From Octopus sinensis (taxonomy: Eukaryota): a stretch of 64,000 bases of DNA. Positions 40,404 through 52,140 of this stretch are shown piece after piece (position 1 is the stretch's first letter; each line of letters begins with the position of its first letter). The notes beneath the pieces are model-generated. The model worked only from the letters and a program-made list of their open reading frames with translations. It was not told the DNA's origin and searched no databases. Location of the stretch: the NCBI RefSeq assembly GCF_006345805.1, contig NC_043000.1, forward strand, positions 7,130,001 through 7,194,000. Reading direction: 5' to 3'. The translations under genes were made by a program, and so were the position numbers.

Positions 40404-40598
40404 GAAAAGGCCCATTTAAAAGAAGCTGAACTGAAATCAACGATGCAATATGATACGGAGTCCTGTTCAGAAGCTGTATTGTTAACCCCTCCACAAAGTG
40501 ATAAGAAAGAAGTGTCGACTGATGCGCTAATGTCATTATTGTCCACTCCTGACAGATCCTTATCAGAAGTCACATCAACATCATCATCATCTCCTTGA
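40404..40598 (+). CDS. CCNE: Cyclin E last coding exon
   Basis: Contains the LLTPPQS Fbw7 phosphodegron (40479-40499) and the TGA stop. The spliced CDS totals 1317 nt, or 438 aa. Confidence 0.95.
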   Translation, partial: EKAHLKEAELKSTMQYDTESCSEAVLLTPPQSDKKEVSTDALMSLLSTPDRSLSEVTSTSSSSP

Positions 40599-41790
40599 TC
40601 ACATAGGGCAGTCACCTGACTACACATTACATGTTACCTTTCTCTTTAATTTGGCGGTGCTTGCTCATAAGTTTGGCTGTGCACTGCTACTGAAGACCTG
40701 GCTGAGGCTATTGCAGATAATCCTTGGATTATATACAGCAGTTCTAAACCTGACAGTGTGCTAGCACCTTGGCCTGTCCTTCACTCGTCCTGTCTTGGAT
40801 CATTACTACTATTCCCTGTTACCATACCTGATGCATTGCAAACATGTGACGGATTTTTTTTGTACTCCTGATGGAATGAATAGCCTCGTATTTATTTCCT
40901 CTGGACAACTCAAAAGTCTTTGTCCTTCCCCGTACCAAATTTATAGTTTTTGCTGATTTCCATCTTAAAGAGAACCCAATGCATGAATGTTAACCCCCCC
41001 CTTCCACCCCACTCTTTCTGTGACCAAAAAAGGGACAGTTGAACATTTGAGAATTATTTCTACCTACATCACAAGTTTGTGGTTCATTATATGAAATTTA
41101 GTTGGATTCATTTACACATTGCAGACATGGCAATGTCAGGTGAATTCCATCCTTTTTGTAAATATGTTTGTACATACTTCAGTTACCTGGATGGCTTTGA
41201 CATTCAGGTAATGACTGTAAATAGGGTTATTTTCAAAGCATCACATTATTTAAAACAACAAAAAAAAGTCTATTGAAAAAACAAACAAAAATAAAACCTA
41301 GTATTTTGCCTGCTCTTTACTGCCATTATTCTCTGAATATATCAGTAACTCCTATGTGCAAAGCAGCCTGGTGTTGGCTGATGCCCTCCTGAGGACTTTA
41401 AAATAGCAAGTGCTGTGAGGGGTGGGTGGGTGGGTAGATAAGTGTATAAAGTGACATGCACTGTAAATAAAATATTTAAATTAAAAAAAAGACAAGAAAA
41501 AAAAAACTTAGGTGGCTGGTTATGAAACTGAGCAACTCTTATTTAACGAATGCTGAACATTAAACATTTAACTCGAGGAGTTAACAGTTGTCTTTCATTG
41601 TATGCTATTACCCGCGTTCAAAGCGGGAGTAATTTGGTTGTGAAGCTAGACCTACCGCCCCCTTTTATTTTAACTTTTTTTTTTTAATGTAGAGTATATT
41701 AAAGAAAAGTTCTTTCTTCCAAATTGTACTCCTGAACAGAACATAAGTTAATTGCAGACTTAATGTGCTATTTGGTTATACCTTTTTAAT

Positions 41791-41796
41791 AATAAA
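41791..41796 (+). terminator. Candidate distal poly(A) signal of cyclin E
   Basis: AATAAA followed by a GT/T-rich tract at ~41810-41820. A proximal AATAAA lies at 41466-41471. Confidence 0.55.
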
Positions 41797-41829
41797 AATC
41801 ATGAAACAATGTGTTTTTGTAAATTTTTT

Positions 41830-41835
41830 TTTATT
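41830..41835 (-). terminator. Candidate poly(A) signal of URI1
   Basis: AATAAA on the minus strand, ~25 nt after the URI1 stop codon. Confidence 0.5.
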
Positions 41836-41860
41836 AAATACAAGTTATTAGTTGGGATTT

Positions 41861-41980
41861 CTATCTTTGTAGGCGAGAAGCTTTAAATTTGGATATCCTT
41901 TTGGGTTGTTGAGTTTCATCTGGACTGGTGCTGTTTTGGTTGACGCTTTCATTTTTTTCAATTACAGTACTGGTAAATGC
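41861..41980 (-). CDS. URI1: URI1 (unconventional prefoldin RPB5 interactor) last exon
   Basis: ttctag acceptor. AFTSTVIEK...PKRISKFKASRLQR* matches the URI C-terminus (human AFSGTVIEK...KRVSKFKAARLQQ). Not in the ORF track. Confidence 0.92.
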   Translation of the reverse strand, partial: AFTSTVIEKNESVNQNSTSPDETQQPKRISKFKASRLQR

Positions 41981-42073
41981 CTAGAATAGTAAAAAAGAGA
42001 ATTAATGATTTACCTGCTGCTTAGTACTAAATAAGGGGAAAATATATGAAAAGGTACAGTATTTTTATCTTAC

Positions 42074-42289
42074 CTGAGGGGCTGGGTAAGATCCTGAATT
42101 GGTTTGTTCGCTGGCAGAAGTCCTTTCGGAACCAGTTGTACTGTGGGTTTCTTCCTTATTTGCTGACGGTTTGTCATTGGTTCTTGATTTCAATATTGAT
42201 TTCGGTTGTGATGGAAACATTTTATAAATATCTGTAGGACTGCAAATTGGAGATTTAAGTTGCTCTGAAGTTGTATCCATGAACTGTAG
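42074..42289 (-). CDS. URI1: URI1 penultimate exon
   Basis: ICSPTDIYKMF...PKSILKSR resembles human TPADIYRAF...PRKSILKSR. Donor cag|gtaaga. The acceptor is ambiguous (42289 or 42283, both in frame). Confidence 0.85.
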
Positions 42290-42659
42290 CTGATCCATCA
42301 TTTAAAATAGAAAGAAAAGTATGTGAAAATAACATTCAACAGTAAGTCTTAGGTAACTATGCTACGTGTCTAATTACCCCACAGGAAAAACCATGGATGT
42401 AGCAATTGCCTGTTGCCTTGAGTTTGCAAATTAACAACTAAAATAAGTTAATCAAAATCTTGTGAGGAATTTGATCCATACCTGCCAAGGAAAAGATAGA
42501 AAACTAACAGCATTTGAGAAGTAGGTTAGACATTTTTATCACGGCTGTACAAAAGAAAAACTGAAGGTAATTTTTTTTTTCATTTGGTGCAGCATTCTGG
42601 AAGTCCTGCAGGTTGCCATGAAACTATGGTTTGCTTCGATTAGTTTTTACAATGACACC

Positions 42660-42713
42660 TCCGATCACCTAAGTTAGTACTTAGATGGGTGACTGGTTGG
42701 GAAACCTGGGTGC
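42660..42713 (+). pseudogene. 5S rRNA-derived fragment with internal deletion, abutting a SINE head
   Basis: tccgatcacctaagtt-agtacttagatgggtgactggttgggaaacctgggtgc resembles invertebrate 5S (TCCGATCACCGAAGTTAAGC...GGTTAGTACTTGGATGGGTGACCGCCTGGGAATACCGGGTGC). Confidence 0.65.
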
Positions 42714-43364
42714 AAGTGTGGCTGTGTCAAGAAGCTTGGTTCCATGGCACTTCCAGCAAGTCTTTATAGCCTTGACTGGGTTTGGTAGATGGAAACTGAA
42801 AGAAGCCTGTCGTATATATATGTGTGTTTGGTTATCAAGTGGTGATGGGGAACTGTGTTAGCGTCCCCTGTATCTTAGTGGTTTGGCAAAAGACCAATAG
42901 AATGAGTACAAACTTTGAAAATAGAAAAGAAAATCTGGGGTCAAAGCATAGCTTCAGTTTAATGACTGAAACAAGTAAAAGAACTTTGAATTAATGTGAG
43001 ATTTTGATGGGATCTCTAGGGGATTATAGAACTTGGGTCAGTGGATATATCATCAGCCTGTACTGCGCCAAAGTGTTTCCGAAATTACATTATCCAAAAT
43101 ATCTTTATTGGTTGTATTTCCTAATAGACAGGAATATGGAGGTACACTCTTGGTACGAAGATTTGGTAAAGATTATTGCTAGGAATATGATAGCACAAAT
43201 TCAAAAGCTTCTCAGTACCACTGTTGTCAGCTTAAAATCCATACAAAAACTGTATAGGCACTGCTTTACTATAATTACTTAAAAGGATGTCAGAATTCAA
43301 TAAAACTTTCTGGCAGAGTCTACTAGTGATATAATTACACTAAACTTGAGTTGGTTTCTTTTTA

Positions 43365-43750
43365 TCTTTTTACTTGTTTCAGTCATTTGACTGCGGCCAT
43401 GCTGGAGCACCACCTTTAATTGAGCAACTTGACCCCGGGACTTATTCTTTGTAAGCCCAGTACTTATTCTATCGGTCTCTTTTTGCCGAACTGCTAGGTG
43501 ACGGGGACATAGACACACCAGCATCGGTTGTCAAGCAATGCTAGGGGGACAAACACAGGCACACAAACATACACTCATATACATATATACGACAGGCTTC
43601 TTTCAGTTTCCGTCTACCAAATCCACTCACAAGGCTTTGGTCGGCCCGAGGCTATCGTAGAAGACACTTGCCCAAGGTGCCATGCAGTGGGAATGAACCT
43701 GGAACCATGTGGTTGGTAAACAAGCTACTTACCACACAGCCACTCCTGCG
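43365..43750 (-). mobile_element. Full-length SINE copy
   Basis: Well-preserved reverse complement of the 7490 family. Confidence 0.85.
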
Positions 43751-45599
43751 TAAGTTTGGAAAGTGATGGCTTCTATACATAGTTGCTTAACCTAGTCTGA
43801 GTCAAATCTTTGGCATACCTCACAGTTTTCCATCAGGACAGGGTACATACACAAATGCCCTGGGTACACTCCACTTTCAATAACCAGGATTTAATTGTTT
43901 AATCAATTGCTTGGAGAGGATGAACTGGATTACCTGCTCACTGAATCAGCATGGAGGTAGGCTGAGCATTCTACAGTCACCTGTATCCGTAAATGTAATT
44001 CTTGGGCAGAATTAGCTAAACAAGGATCTGAGAGACACAAACCAACAAGCTTCTGGAATTTTCATTCACCCAATTTCACTCAATGTATGGGGATATCCAG
44101 GCTGTAGAAAATGGTCAGCCTTAGAGCCTCATAGTTGCAAAGCAAACTTCTTAACGAGGTGACCATACTGCACCTATATATCCTTAACCAAAAGTGGTAA
44201 TCATGGCTGGAGTACCTTTGATCACAGGTCTGGTCTATCAAGGCTGATCTGGAGCTAGAAATGAGTTTCAAACCACAATGAAAGCCAGACTCATTCGTTT
44301 AAAAAGGCACAGGTGTAACTGTAGTTAAGTTTGATTCTCAACCACATGGTTTCAGGTTCAGTCCCACTGTGTGGTACCTTAGGCAAGTGTCTTCTATTAT
44401 AGCCCCAGGCCAATCAATGCCTTGTGGATGAATTTGATAGATGGAAACTGAAAGAAGCCCATCATATATGAATGTCACTGCAGTGTCGTTTATTTCCAAT
44501 AATCTGCAAAAACATGTCAGGTGAAAGGAAACTCATTTTGTTTGGAAACAGGAATGGTATCCAGTTACAGAAAAATCTGCTTTGGTAAACTCTGTCTGAG
44601 CCGTGCAAGCATGGAAAAGCAGATGTTAAAATGATGATAATGGGGTACATATTTGATTTTTAAACAAATTAAAGAGCCATGCTCAATGCATAAAATCTAA
44701 TTTATGGGTGCAAATGTGTTCAGGAGTTCACTTTGTAATTACACAGTGCTGGGCTCGCTCTCACTACACAGCACCAAGTTTTTTGACCAAAATATTATGA
44801 GAGAAATTAGTAAGATGGTAACTGTAGAAAACCGTCGGATGGACTGCATCTGATATTGGACAGTAGGGTTAATCCATAGCCTAGTTTCAAATCCACCAAC
44901 ACCTAGTCCTTGGAGTATACTTAGTAGTCCTGTTTGATGCTATCTTTTAATGAAGTAAGCCTCTTCTACAAGTCTCCCTCTCACTCACACACATGGAAAA
45001 AAATAGCATGACAAAGCCATAAAAAAAGATGAAAAATGGTTAGTAAAACTTTACTGGCGTTTATTTACTCTGGAGGATTAATCTTTTAACATTTAAACCA
45101 GTCAAATCCAGCCCATAATATTCTACATGTTCTATGTTCAAACTGGTCAGATCCAGCCTTTCATACCTATCATACAATGTCATTCTAAAAATAATCGGTT
45201 ACATCATTGAAATCACAAAGCCACAAGATAATATATAATGAATTGAAAACAATATGGATAAATATTACATTTGACAGAGAAATCTGAATGCTAAAGGGTT
45301 ACCTGTCCGTAGTGATTAAAAAGTGAACAATTATTTCTACCCGTTCTTGAGTTAATTATGAGAAGACAAAACTTATTTTTTAATCAGAGGGAGGTTTTCT
45401 TTATACATTCCCACATTCTTGTTTTTATTTATTTTGGTCTGCATTGCATCTGTCTTTATGTTTCTGACTTCTTTACTTTTCATCCTTTTGGGGTTGATTA
45501 AAATAAGTATCAGTCAAGCACTGGGGTCAATATAATTGACTTACCTTGTCCCCCTAAATTGCTGGTCTTGTGCCAATATTTGAAACCAAATAAGTAATT

Positions 45600-45900
45600 G
45601 ATGTTTATAAATGTCTTGCAAACAACTTGCACATGCAAGTGCTACCAGTCAAAAACTCTGCTTACCGGAAGCCAGCAAGTGTATGGGGTCATCAGGAGAG
45701 AATGCGCGCCGTTTCAGGGCCCTCTCGACGGCATCAATGCACACCGGCACCCCCTCACTGATATGAGGCCCCGCTTGCTAGATCAGCTGGTTATCAAGTT
45801 AAGCTCAATATCCTTCTAGCCATCGCTCATCGTCTCTTTTTAACCAAATCCAGTGGCTAGCCTTCTCCACTGTAGATTGGATATCGGTGATGGTGGTGAA
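45600..45900 (-). mobile_element. 3' end of a HERO-like (restriction-like endonuclease) non-LTR retrotransposon
   Basis: The minus frame reads ITDIQSTVEKASHWIWLKRDDERWLEGY* (stop 45805-45807), resembling the HERO C-terminal AEKASxWLWLKR motif. A GC-rich structured 3' UTR follows. Confidence 0.6.
45685..45745 (-). ncRNA. Candidate non-circularly permuted hammerhead ribozyme
   Basis: The minus strand reads gccGUC-gagagg gcccu GAAAcggc gcgcau ucucuc-CUGAUGA-cccc. Stems I and III pair, but stem II does not obviously pair. Confidence 0.45.
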
Positions 45901-45922
45901 ATTCACAACCTCATACATTCCT

Positions 45923-46134
45923 TTCTACTATAGACACAAGGCCTGAAATTTAGGGGGAAGGGGGTCAGTTGATTTGATCGACCCCAGTATGCAACTGGTA
46001 CTTAATTTATCGACTCCGAAAGGATGAAAGGCAAAATCGACCTTGGCGGAATTTGAACTCAGAACATAGTGACAGGCGAAATATCGCAAAGCACTTCGTC
46101 CGGCGTGCTAACGTTTCTGCCAGCTCACCACCTT
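45923..46134 (-). mobile_element. tRNA-derived SINE (second family) with 18-bp TSD
   Basis: Head ggtgagctggcagaaacgttagcacgccgg...gagttcaaattcc and core cctttcatcctttcggagtcgataaa. TSD acaacctcatacattcct at 45905-45922 and 46135-46152. Relatives at ~12830-13040 and ~18740-18915. Confidence 0.85.
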
Positions 46135-47079
46135 ACAACCTCATACATTCCTGTGACAGAGATTGTGAACCTCCTGAAAAAAATAACAGATCTATCAAAC
46201 TGCAGAAGCTGGCAAGAGATTTGAAATACACACAATTGCTACAACTGTTGTGGTACTCATCACTATAACCACCACCATTTAACATTTGGGTTTCGTGCTT
46301 GTGTGGGTTGGATGACTTGATAGGATCTGCCAAGTTTACTTTGGTATAGTTTCTACGGCTGGATGTTCTTCCTAACGCCAATCATTTTACAGTGTGCTGG
46401 ATGATTTTTGTGGTACCAGCACTAGTGAAAACCACCTCATAACTTACAAAGCTAAGAGTCTGAAGTGGCCCCTACAACTGAAGAAGAATAGAAGAAAGTG
46501 TAGGTGATGATTCTAGACAGTGAGATGGTGTTGCGATAAACAGAGTAACATTCTAGAGGAGACACTAAATGGAATGGGGAAAATGGCAGAGAATAGAAGA
46601 AAGGGAATGGATTAATAACAGAGTTGGTGGACAGGAATAGAGTTAAAAGGTGATTGAGATGTGCAATGGGATCTGGGGCTACCCAACAATATAAGGGGAA
46701 AATATGGACAACATGTATGAGGAAAAGGGGTCAGGAAGGAAGTAATAAGTAGAGAGAATCATTGAAGGAAAGAGAGGTATAGGGACAGGCCAAAGAGAGA
46801 AAGGATGAGAAGGGAAGTGGGGAGAGAGAAGCAAGAGAAAAGAGGTTAGTGGGTAAGAGATGCTGCAGGGCACTATGGAAGTAGAAGGAAAAGCGGAAGA
46901 ACAGATGGAGACTGAGAAAGGAGATGGGAAAACAGTGATGGCAAGAAAGGCTGGAGGACATTCTAGAGGTGTTAAGAATGAGCAGTGAGATGAGGGTAAC
47001 CTACAGAGAGTGATGAGGAGGTAGGAGTCATAGAGGAAGAGATGTAAAGTGAAGCTATATATATAAAATATATGGGGTA

Positions 47080-48755
47080 GGTGGTGTGGGCATACTTCTT
47101 GCAGAAAAATGGATGGATAAGGTCATAGAGGTAGTCAGAATGTGCGATAGGGTACTTAAGCGCAGGTTAGTTTTGCAGAATAGTAGAGCGACAATTACCT
47201 CTGCTATGCTCACCAAGTAGGTCTATCAAATGAACAAAAGAACTATTTGGCTGCCTCAAAGACAAATGACAATGATCTCATCTTCATGGCTGGGGATTTC
47301 AATGGGCATGTTGAGCAGCAGCCCAGCATTAACTAAGGTGTACATAAGGACTATGGAATTGGTTCCCGAAATGAAGAGAGGACAAGGCTACTGGAGTTCT
47401 GTGATGCAAATAAACCTATTGATCTGCAACACCAACTTCAGGACACCAGCCAGCCAGCTATCTGATAACTTACCAATTGGGTGACCATGCCAGCCAGATC
47501 AATTACATTCCCACCAGACAGCAGGACACATGGTTGCTCATAAATACAAAAACCTTCCTCATGAAGAATGTACCCCCCAGTATAGACTAGTCACTAATGA
47601 CTTTAGACTTCAGGCCAGATGGATGACAAGAAGCAGAGAAATTTGGAAAAGAAGGATTTGGAAGCTTAAGGACCCATCATATGGTCAGAGATTTAAAGAC
47701 ACCCTAACTGAGAAATTTGATGAACAGGAGGAGGGACTAGGCTTATAACATTAGAGGGCAACTGGGATTCCTGCAGGACAGCTTACTGAGTGCCACAGAC
47801 CAAATCTGTGGCTGGTGCAAAGTCCCATCCAGACCTAAGATGATGTGGAGATGGAACAATGCTGTAGACAAGGCCATTAGAGCAAAGAAACAGGACTGGA
47901 AGTGTAAGGGTAGCCAGAAAGGAAGCTAGGAGACAGGTATATCTAGCCAGGGGAGAGCAGAAAAATAGTTTACCTATGTTCTGCAACATAAGGACCAGAG
48001 ACTTGATGTATTTTGGATTGTAAATCAGTGTGTGAGAGAAAATCTTGAGGTCATAGGAGAGAAATGTGTCCGCATGGATGATGGTGCACTTGCATTTAAT
48101 GATTTTACAAAGAGGCTTGGAAATGCCATTATGAAAGGCTGCTAAACGTGGAGGATGGGAGAAGAGTCTGCTAAATGTCAACCCAACCAGCTATCTGAAT
48201 TGACAGTAGCTTGGTAGAAAAAGCGATTAAGATAAGGAAAGCTCCTGGACCATCAGGAATCACTGCTGAGATCCTTGAAATATCTGGCAGAGTAGGATAT
48301 AGCCTAGTCACCCATACAGTTAATCAGGTTGTCTACGAGGGAGTCATACCCATCGATTGGTATAGTAGCATTATAGTCAACTGCTGCAAAGGGTGATGAC
48401 TTAGACAGGAATAATTACAGAGCATCAAATGCTGGACAAGGTGATGGAAGTCACAGAAAGGGTCATAGCTCAATTAATTAGGAAGAGAGTTAGTGTAGAT
48501 GAGATGTAGTTTGGATTTGTGCCAGATGGAGCATAACTGATGCTATATTCCTGGTTAGGCGACTAACTAGGAGAAATGTCTAGCCAAAAATTAACCCCTG
48601 TGCCTGGCTTTTGTCAACAGGGAGAAAGCCTTTGACAGAGTCTCCTACTGCCTTATCTGGTGGTTAATGCGGAAGCTAGGGATAAATGAGTGATTGGTGA
48701 GAGTTGACAAGCCATGCTGTCAGTAACCTGAAGGTTAGCAACGAGTATAACAATG
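47080..48755 (+). mobile_element. Degraded RTE LINE (endonuclease to RT N-terminus)
   Basis: Remnants of AGDFNGHV, ICNTNF, KAPGPSGITAEIL and EKAFDRV across broken frames. Confidence 0.8.
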
Positions 48756-48929
48756 AATACACGCACACACAAACTCTGTAAAGTGGTTGGCATCAGGAAG
48801 AGCAGCCAGCTGTAAAACCCATGCCAAAGATGACAGTAAGGCTTGGTGCAGTCTTTTGGCTCACCAGCTCCTGTCAAACCATCCTGTCCATGCCAACATA
48901 GAAAACCGGCATTAAATGATGATATATCA

Positions 48930-50680
48930 CAGTTTCTTAAACACCACACTTGTGTTAAGGTGAACTTCCGTAGTACCACATACCACATGTCATCTCTCCC
49001 ATGCAAATTAGTATCCTCAGGTCAGCCTTCACCAGTTTGTCCTAGATGTTCCTTGGTCTTCCTCTCTCACAAGTTCCACTAACTTCAAGTGCTCAGCACT
49101 TTTGTATGCAGCAGTCATCCTTTCTATCCATCACATGCCCATTCCAGTGCAAATGATGTTTATACTTAGACTTTTTCTTTTGCATACTGAGCTAGGTGAT
49201 TTCATTGAAGATACCAGGTTCCTGTCTTCTTTCCTACTTACTAAAGCTTTAGTCTTTGCTATGTTTATCTTGAAGCCTCTCAATTCCTGGAATTTCTTCT
49301 CTAACTCCCCATTAGATCCAGGTATGAAGACTAATTCATTAGTATATAAGAGTTCCCACAAACAGTCAGTCTTAAACTTGCTTCTGAAGAACTGCAGGAC
49401 TATGATAAACATGAGAGGACTGAAGACTGTTTCTTGATGAATTCTTACCTTCACACTAAATTTGTGGTTGAAATCATTGTTGACCATCACATCACTTACT
49501 GCATCAGTGTACATAGCTTGTACAGTCCTCACAAGCCAGTCATCTACACCTAGTTTCCTTAGTGATCACCAAATTACTGAGTAAGGAACCTTGTCATACA
49601 CCTTCTCCAAGTTAACAAATGTCAGGAATAATGGGTAGTCTTAGCCAAGCATGTCTCTACGGTTGCTTCACAAGAAATATTACATTTGTGGTACCTGTAA
49701 CAGAAATTAAACCAAACTGCATCTCATCTAAATTAATTCTGTTGTGACTCTCTCTCCATGACCTTCATAACTTGATCTAATAGTTTGACTCCTCTAAGGT
49801 ATCCTCTCTGTAAAGTATCAATTTTGCTTTTGTAGCAGCTTACAATGAAAATGCTATACCAGTCATTGCACGTGACACCTTTCTGTATTACTTGATTAAC
49901 TATTCAGATGGTAATCATGTACCTTTCTTCAAATATTTTGATCATCCCCATGAGTATTCTCAGTTTTCCAGCCCTTCATTTCCTTTATCACTACCATGCT
50001 AGTTCCTTGATAGGGTCAGCATGAGGGAACCCCTTTTTATCCCATGCATTCCCCATGTTTAACAACTTTTCCTAATAGCACTCCCATACTACTTTCATGT
50101 CGTTCACATTGGTAGCAAGTGAGCCTTCATCATTCTCAATACACTTCTCACCAATGTCTCAGTTCTCTGCAACACACTTTCTCACGATCATGAACACTTC
50201 AACCCCTCTCATCCTCACATGGCAGGATATGTACAAACCTCTCCCTTTCTCCTTTACTCTTGGCTAAGTATATGTCTCCTAACTGCCCATCTGGCTATTT
50301 GATAATGCTCCCTAATATCACCTTCCTTTCATGTTTTCCAAGGCTGTCCCTTAACCTTTATTGCTCTACCAACTGTATCATTCCACCACTTTTGGCTTGG
50401 TTGAAACTTAGTACCAGCTGCATATCTGATCTGTAGCCCTAAGCAGGTAATCTTCTAAGAACTCCTGGTTATCATCTATACTACAGGTATATAAATCTTG
50501 CTCCCTAAAGTAATATGCCACAATTTCTCTAAAACCCATGTCCTAATATAAGTTCTTTTACCTTTCCTATCTTCTTTCTCCATATCGTCTTCTGTCCGAG
50601 TCCACCTAACTTTGACCCTGAAGTCACTAGCCACTAATCTATGATGGATAGTGCATTCTTTGCCAGGAAAGCCCATTTCT
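48930..50680 (-). mobile_element. Degraded RTE LINE
   Basis: ORF 49131-49532 is homologous to the RTE RT domain, and ORF 50476-50676 (HRLVASDF) to the end of the endonuclease. Confidence 0.75.
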
Positions 50681-50793
50681 CCAATTTACTGTTAAGAATG
50701 AAATCTCACAGGCTCTAATATTTATTAACTCTGAACATTAAATGTTGATTAACAACCCCATATCATGCAAAAAGGTGGAGAATCAAATCTTAC

Positions 50794-51055
50794 CTTTTCA
50801 ACTTTTGGTTTTACTGGAGAATGAGAAAACTTTATGACAAGACAATTTTCTTCGTTTTTACATTCTGTTGCATCATCATCCATATCTGAGTTACTGCTTA
50901 CATCCTCTTCACTACTACTTTTCTTCTCATCTGTCCAGCGTACAGACTTTTTAATTTGAACATGAGCTTCTTTAGTATCTTTTGCATTTAAGTTGCAATC
51001 TTCAGGTAAAGCTGAAGATGGTTCTTGGACTGCTTCCTGAAAGAATTCTTCTGTT
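50794..51055 (-). CDS. URI1: URI1 internal exon (acidic region)
   Basis: ttctag acceptor (phase 2) and aag|gtaaga donor. Encodes KKSVRWTD (RVxF-like), an Asp/Glu/Ser-rich tract and VIKFSHS (human TIYFSHT). Confidence 0.85.
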
Positions 51056-51341
51056 CTAGAAGAGAAAAATGTGGGTGGATGGGATTTATTTTCAAAAGAC
51101 ATTTATTTTATTATCTTATTAAAGTAAGATAGACACTGGAAAAATAAAACAGAGCATGCAACTAATAAAGATCAGAGGAGAACTCTTGTCTGATGCGATG
51201 CACAAAATCAGATGAACTGAAAAACTGATTAAGATATTTTATATTATTTTCCTCTTGAAAAATACATCATAAATAAATGTATTTTCTCTATAACAATCAC
51301 TTAACAATTTTTTTTATAATTTCTCAATAAAACATTCAATT

Positions 51342-51640
51342 GGTGGCGCAATGGCCCAGTGGTTAGAGCAGCAGACTCACGGTTTCGATTCCCAGACCGA
51401 GCTCTGTGTGTCTTTATTGAGCAAAAACACCTAAAAGCTCTACGAAGCTCCAGCAGGGGGTGGTGGCGACCCCTGTTGCACTCTTTTGCCTCAACTTTCT
51501 CTCATTCTTTCTTCCTGTTTGTGTAATGCTGCGATGGACTAGCATCATGTCTAGCTGGGGGGAACACATACACCACAGAAACTGGGAAACCGGGCCCATG
51601 AGCCTGGCTAGGCTTGAAAAGGGCGCATAATAAAAACAAA
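51342..51640 (+). mobile_element. tRNA-derived SINE (third family)
   Basis: Head ggcgcaatggcccagtggttagagcag...ggtttcgattccc (A/B boxes) and an A-rich tail. Confidence 0.65.
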
Positions 51641-51729
51641 AAACAAAAAACATTCAATTGATTCTTAATCAATTCTGAACAGATTTAGAATTCATCTCAA
51701 TAATGAGAAAAAGTAAAAAGAACAATCTC

Positions 51730-52066
51730 TTTACTCTTTTACTTGTTTCAGTCATTTGACTGCGGCCATGCTGGAGCACCACCTTTAGTCGAGCAAGTCG
51801 ACCCCGGGACTTATTCTTCGTAAGCCCAGTACTTATTCTATCAGTCTCTTTTGCCGAACCGCTAAGTGACAGACACACAAACACACCAGCATCGGTTGTC
51901 AAGCAATGCTAGGGGGACAAACACAGACACACAAACACACACATATATATATATATATACATATATACGACAGGCTTCTTTCAGTTTCCGTCTACCAAAT
52001 CCACTCACAAGGCATTGGTCGGACCGGGGCTATAGCAGAAGACACTTGCCCAAGATGCCACGCAGT
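51730..52066 (-). mobile_element. SINE copy
   Basis: Dominant family, head truncated. Confidence 0.8.
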
Positions 52067-52140
52067 ATGTATAAAAAAACAAAAATCAAAAAGGTAATAT
52101 ATAATTTTTATAAAAAAGTGGAATGTAATAAATTTCTTAC

